From: Acidobacteriota bacterium
Lineage (GTDB): Bacteria > Acidobacteriota > UBA6911 > RPQK01 > JAJDTT01
Length of the DNA stretch: 64,000 nucleotides
Assembly (NCBI GenBank): GCA_965263035.1
Contig: OZ253580.1
Span: forward strand, 3,776,001-3,840,000
Direction of reading: 5' to 3'
How positions within the stretch are numbered: position 1 is the stretch's first letter; each line of letters starts with the position of its first letter. Shown here piece after piece: positions 60,111 to 64,000 of the stretch. A program made the position numbers and the translations under genes. The notes under the pieces were generated by a model, which ran no database searches, was not told where the DNA came from, and was given only the letters and a program-made list of their open reading frames with translations.

Positions 60111-62813
60111 CTACAGAGAAACCCCGAGGGGACCCCGGGTGATCTGGAAATCCACGTTTCCCTGGTCTTGAAGCACCGGAACGTATCTTCCCGAGGCCAA
60201 GTCCAGAACCAGAGCCGACAGCCTCTCCTCCCACGTTTCGGGAGGACCCGTGAGGACCAGGTCCAGGTCCTGACCCCGGTCCCCGGCCATACTCCCGGCA
60301 TCGGACACCTGCAGCGTCGGGACCATGACGTGCCCCGGCAGGGGTTCCTGGCCGACCCATGCCAGGAGGATCTCCGCTCCTGTCGCCCCAAGACCGGTCA
60401 GGAGCTCGACCCCGTGGCCGGTAGCGGCTTCCATGATCTGCAGGCCCGTCCCCTGCGCCTTCTCTCCGAAGAGAAGTGTAGGCCCCAACAGGTCCGGCTC
60501 CAAGAGGATCTCCCGCCACGACGGGCTCTCCATCAGAGCGTCCCATTCCGGGATCACGACGGTGGCGCCCGCATGGACAAGACGCTGTACGAGAGCGCTC
60601 AGAGCCCGGCAGGCGGCCTCGGTCAGCCGGCCCGAAGTCAAGACTGCCATCCTCAATGATTCCAGTCCCACGGCTTGCCGCCGGGGAGAGGATCGGCCCG
60701 AGAGTGCGTTCTGAAACCAGGTTTCCACCCTGTGGCCAACCTTCTCGATCCCTCCGTCCAACTGGATGCTGGCCTTTCCGTAGGCTTCGACGTCGCCTCC
60801 CATCCGGGCCAGCTGCCCGGTCATGTAGTCGTTATGGGTCGCCTCGCAACCGTGCTCCAGGAAGAGGCCGGCCGCGACCGTGGGATGAGTCAGATGGCCC
60901 AGGAGGGTGCGAGAGTAGAGTTGCCGCGTCTGACCTCCCGAGCAACCGCAACCTTCGGTGTGAGGGAGCGCCACGAAGCGGGAAACGGAACGGTCCTTCC
61001 CCGCCTGCCGACGGTTGAGCCGCTGGGCGAGGAGACGGGCAATCTGGCTGGAGCAGAGGCTGGTGGGCAGTATGAGTCCGACCTGATGGGTGACCCAGCC
61101 GTCGGGCGTCCGGATTCCGTCGAACTGGAGCCGACGACCGGAAACGGGGGGCTTGAGCCGGATTGGGGCGTCCACCCGCGGCCGGCGCACATTCTGGAGA
61201 CGGACCAGGTTGGAGTCGTCGGACTGTTGCCAGTTCCGCCAGAGCGAGATCTGGGAGTGGCCCGCCTTTTCGCCGACACTCCGGAGACCCGAGGCCACCT
61301 GCAAGCTCAGATCCAGCAGTTCCCGGCCCAGCTCCGGGAGGGGGGTTCCCTCCAGATAGGCGCCGGCGTTGAAGTCCATGTCCCGCGAGAGGAGGCGGAA
61401 TCGTCCACTGGTGGTGACGATCTTGATGGTGGGGACGAAGGGGAAGTTGGTGACCGACCCGTTGCCCGTGGTGAAGAAGATCAGGTTGGTTCCCGAGGCC
61501 ACCTGACCGGCGATGCTTTCCAGGTCGTTGCCGGGACTGTCCATGAAGTAGTACCCGGGTTCCGTCATCCGCTGGGCATAGTCGATGACGTAATCGAGCC
61601 GCACGCCGGGGTGGCGCTTGGTAGCGGCTCCCAGGGACTTGATCCCGATGTTGTAGAGCCCCCGGAGAATATTGCCGCCGGAGGGGTTGCCCTGGGCCGA
61701 TTCGCCGTGCCACGCTGCCCGCTCCTGAAACTGGGCCACCTTGGACAGGAAAGCCCGCGCCGTCGCCAGGTCGCGGACGTTCCGGAGCACGTAAGCTTCG
61801 GCCCCGATGAGCTCGTCGGTCTCGGCCAGATTGGCCGATCCTCCCTGGCGCAGGAGCTCCCTGGCGACCCAGCCCGAGAGAGGGTTGGCGGATATGCCGG
61901 AGAAGCCGTCCGAACCGCCGCATTGGAGGGCCAGGCGTAGGCTCGTCAATGGCTGAGGCGTCCGCCGGAAGGCGTTGACTCGAGGGAGCCAGTCTCGCAC
62001 GACTCGTTCGCCCCGGCCCAAATCGTTCTGGAAGCTGTCCTCCAGGGTCAGGAAACGGTGCGGGACGTCCTCGAGGGGATAGCCGTTTCGCAGCAGGTGC
62101 CGTCGCAGGCGGTCATTGGTCACGGCTTCGGTCCCGCGGTCCACACACAGCACGGCGCCCACGTTGGGATGGACCACGAACCCCGAGAGGGTGGAAAGAA
62201 CCAGTCCCAGGTTGTTGGGGTCCTCATCCTGTCCCCCCTCGGTGTGGGCCACGGCCACGACGCCGTCCACGTTCTCCAGAGGCTCGGCTTCACCCTTGAG
62301 CCGTTCGGCCAGGACCCGGGCGAAGCTGCCGGTGCGTGAGGAAGTTCCCAGGATCACGATGTAGTTGCGGGTCCCCACCCCTCGGGCCGGAGACCTTTCG
62401 TAGCCCAGGAAGGTCCTGCCTGGAAGGTCGGAGGGCGTCTGGAGACCCGGCTGGAACCCTTCCTCGTCCATGAGGTAGGGGTCGATCCGATCCTCGAAGT
62501 TGGGGGCCTCAGGCAGGGAGATCTCCAGGTTCCGGCCGGAGAGGGCCTCCACGGCCCTCCGATTGCAAACGTAGTTTCCGGGCTCGATGTCCCGGCAGGC
62601 GAATCCGAAGGGAAATCCCCAGGACAAAAGGGCTTCTCCCTCGGCGACGGGGGCGACCGCGAAGCGATGCCCCTCCAATACGGTGTGATCCAGAACCAGC
62701 TCGCCGCCCTGGTATTCGATTCGAGTCCCCGGGGCAAGGGTGCGGATGGCGATGGCCACGTTGTCCGCGGGAGCCGGGAGTCTTCCGATCTCTTGGAATT
62801 CGTAGTCTGGCAT
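60111..62813 (-). CDS. UxaA/GarD-family dehydratase with duplicated catalytic module
   Basis: SAF domain (DNVAIA, GHRFA), VGTRNY, QCGGSD, DSPGND, FTTGNG, then a second module SLCSS/HTEGCG/HGCE. Confidence 0.85.
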   Translation of the reverse strand: MPDYEFQEIGRLPAPADNVAIAIRTLAPGTRIEYQGGELVLDHTVLEGHRFAVAPVAEGEALLSWGFPFGFACRDIEPGNYVCNRRAVEALSGRNLEISLPEAPNFEDRIDPYLMDEEGFQPGLQTPSDLPGRTFLGYERSPARGVGTRNYIVILGTSSRTGSFARVLAERLKGEAEPLENVDGVVAVAHTEGGQDEDPNNLGLVLSTLSGFVVHPNVGAVLCVDRGTEAVTNDRLRRHLLRNGYPLEDVPHRFLTLEDSFQNDLGRGERVVRDWLPRVNAFRRTPQPLTSLRLALQCGGSDGFSGISANPLSGWVARELLRQGGSANLAETDELIGAEAYVLRNVRDLATARAFLSKVAQFQERAAWHGESAQGNPSGGNILRGLYNIGIKSLGAATKRHPGVRLDYVIDYAQRMTEPGYYFMDSPGNDLESIAGQVASGTNLIFFTTGNGSVTNFPFVPTIKIVTTSGRFRLLSRDMDFNAGAYLEGTPLPELGRELLDLSLQVASGLRSVGEKAGHSQISLWRNWQQSDDSNLVRLQNVRRPRVDAPIRLKPPVSGRRLQFDGIRTPDGWVTHQVGLILPTSLCSSQIARLLAQRLNRRQAGKDRSVSRFVALPHTEGCGCSGGQTRQLYSRTLLGHLTHPTVAAGLFLEHGCEATHNDYMTGQLARMGGDVEAYGKASIQLDGGIEKVGHRVETWFQNALSGRSSPRRQAVGLESLRMAVLTSGRLTEAACRALSALVQRLVHAGATVVIPEWDALMESPSWREILLEPDLLGPTLLFGEKAQGTGLQIMEAATGHGVELLTGLGATGAEILLAWVGQEPLPGHVMVPTLQVSDAGSMAGDRGQDLDLVLTGPPETWEERLSALVLDLASGRYVPVLQDQGNVDFQITRGPLGVSL

Positions 62814-62877
62814 CGTCTCCAGAGAACGACGTTGTCGTGCGTCGTTCACGCCCGTTCCATGCCGCCGGATCGCTTCC

Positions 62878-63435
62878 CTACTTGATGAGGGAGGCGACCT
62901 GCTTGAATTCGGCCGTGCCCGAGACCTCCAGGAGCTCGAACAGAGCCGACTCGACACTGGTCAGGATCACCCCCGACCGGGCCATGCGGTCCAGAGCCGT
63001 CCGGTAGTCCAGCTCCTTGCGGGAGGCGACGGCGTCCACGGCCAACTGCACCTGAAAATCCCGGGAGAGCAGATCCAGAGCCGTCTGCTGCACGCAGACA
63101 TGCGCCTCCGTCCCCGAGAGCAGGATCTGCCGGATTCCCTGACTCCGGATGTTGGAAATCAGGTCCGGGGCGCCGCAACAACTGAAGGTGGCCTTCACCA
63201 CGGCGGAGTTCCCGCCCAGCGCCTCCAGAATCCTGGGTTCGGTGTGGCCCAGTCCCTTGGGGTACTGCTCGGTAGCGAAGATGGGAAGGCCCAGGATCCG
63301 GAATCCGCGGACCAACTTGACGATTTCGCCGACCATCGCCTGGCCGCTTCGGACCGCCTGGGTGAGCCTGGTCTGAACGTCCACCACCAGCAGGGCCGCG
63401 TGAGCCCGATTCAGGATCTGAGGATGGCGCTTCAT
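62878..63435 (-). CDS. Isochorismatase-family hydrolase
   Basis: VVDVQ, TEQYPKGLG, KATFSC, EAHVCV-QT. Confidence 0.92.
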   Translation of the reverse strand: MKRHPQILNRAHAALLVVDVQTRLTQAVRSGQAMVGEIVKLVRGFRILGLPIFATEQYPKGLGHTEPRILEALGGNSAVVKATFSCCGAPDLISNIRSQGIRQILLSGTEAHVCVQQTALDLLSRDFQVQLAVDAVASRKELDYRTALDRMARSGVILTSVESALFELLEVSGTAEFKQVASLIK

Positions 63436-63463
63436 GGCGTTCACGGACGGCGACCGGAGCAGT

Positions 63464-64000
63464 TTAGTCGTCCCGGCCTCCCAGGAGGCCGGCGCGGAGC
63501 AGGAAATAGAGCAGGGTCATCAAGGTGGAGACGGCGGCGGCCACGTAGGTCAGTGCAGCCGCGTTGAGCACGCGGTCCATGCCCCGCCGCTCCTGGGCCG
63601 TGACGATGCCCTGTTCCACGGCCAGTCGTTTGGCCCGGGCCGACGCATCGAACTCCACGGGAAGGGTCACGACCTGGAAGGCCAGGACGGTCGAGAAGAG
63701 GATCGCTCCCACCAGGACCATGTTCTGGCTGGCCATGAAAAGGCCCACGAGCATGACGATGTATCCCACCGAGGATCCGACGTTGGCCGTCGGAACCAGG
63801 ATCGACCGGAGCCAGAGCGGTCCGTAACCCTCGGCGTGCTGGATGGCATGTCCGGCTTCGTGGCAGGCTACGCCGATGGCGGCCACCGAAGAGGAGCGGT
63901 AGACGCTCTCGGACAGCGCCAGGGTCTTGTTCGTCGGGTTGTAATGGTCCGACAACATTCCCGACGTCTGTACGATCTTCACGCCGCTGATGCCGGCGTA
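63464..64000 (-). CDS. YugP-like neutral zinc metallopeptidase, 5' end outside window
   Basis: LSDHYNP, HEAGHAIQH, TLPVEFDAS, AAALTYVAA. Confidence 0.9.
   Translation of the reverse strand, partial: YAGISGVKIVQTSGMLSDHYNPTNKTLALSESVYRSSSVAAIGVACHEAGHAIQHAEGYGPLWLRSILVPTANVGSSVGYIVMLVGLFMASQNMVLVGAILFSTVLAFQVVTLPVEFDASARAKRLAVEQGIVTAQERRGMDRVLNAAALTYVAAAVSTLMTLLYFLLRAGLLGGRDD

Overview
GC-rich bacterial chromosome segment. Gene content (DUF1549/1553 + DUF1501, many Tat-exported oxidoreductases, Pro-rich TonB, YtxH pair) suggests Acidobacteriota or a similar PVC-like heterotroph; this taxonomy is inference only. 1-17.6 kb is mostly housekeeping (DciA-like, HNH, tonB, ileS, lspA fused to lolA, fabH, queE, nth, thiD). 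17.8-63 kb is accessory catabolism and transport: opine dehydrogenase, three paralogous secreted beta-propeller proteins, nhaA, Gfo/Idh/MocA, enolase-superfamily, ThuA, DUF1080, M20 peptidases, amt and a duplicated UxaA. Best leads: (1) an in-frame LspA-LolA fusion; (2) a PHO-box-like promoter driving a candidate ~115-nt structured RNA, upstream of a second PHO-like promoter and a decaying TonB-receptor/beta-helix operon; (3) two families of ~150-160 bp palindromic MITE-like elements, one read through in frame by the LspA-LolA ORF; (4) a Tat-exported, possibly periplasmic sugar oxidation/dehydration set; (5) a UxaA-family protein with two complementarily degenerate modules. No tRNA, rRNA, CRISPR array or transposase was recognised. 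All family calls come from motifs read by eye, not from searches.
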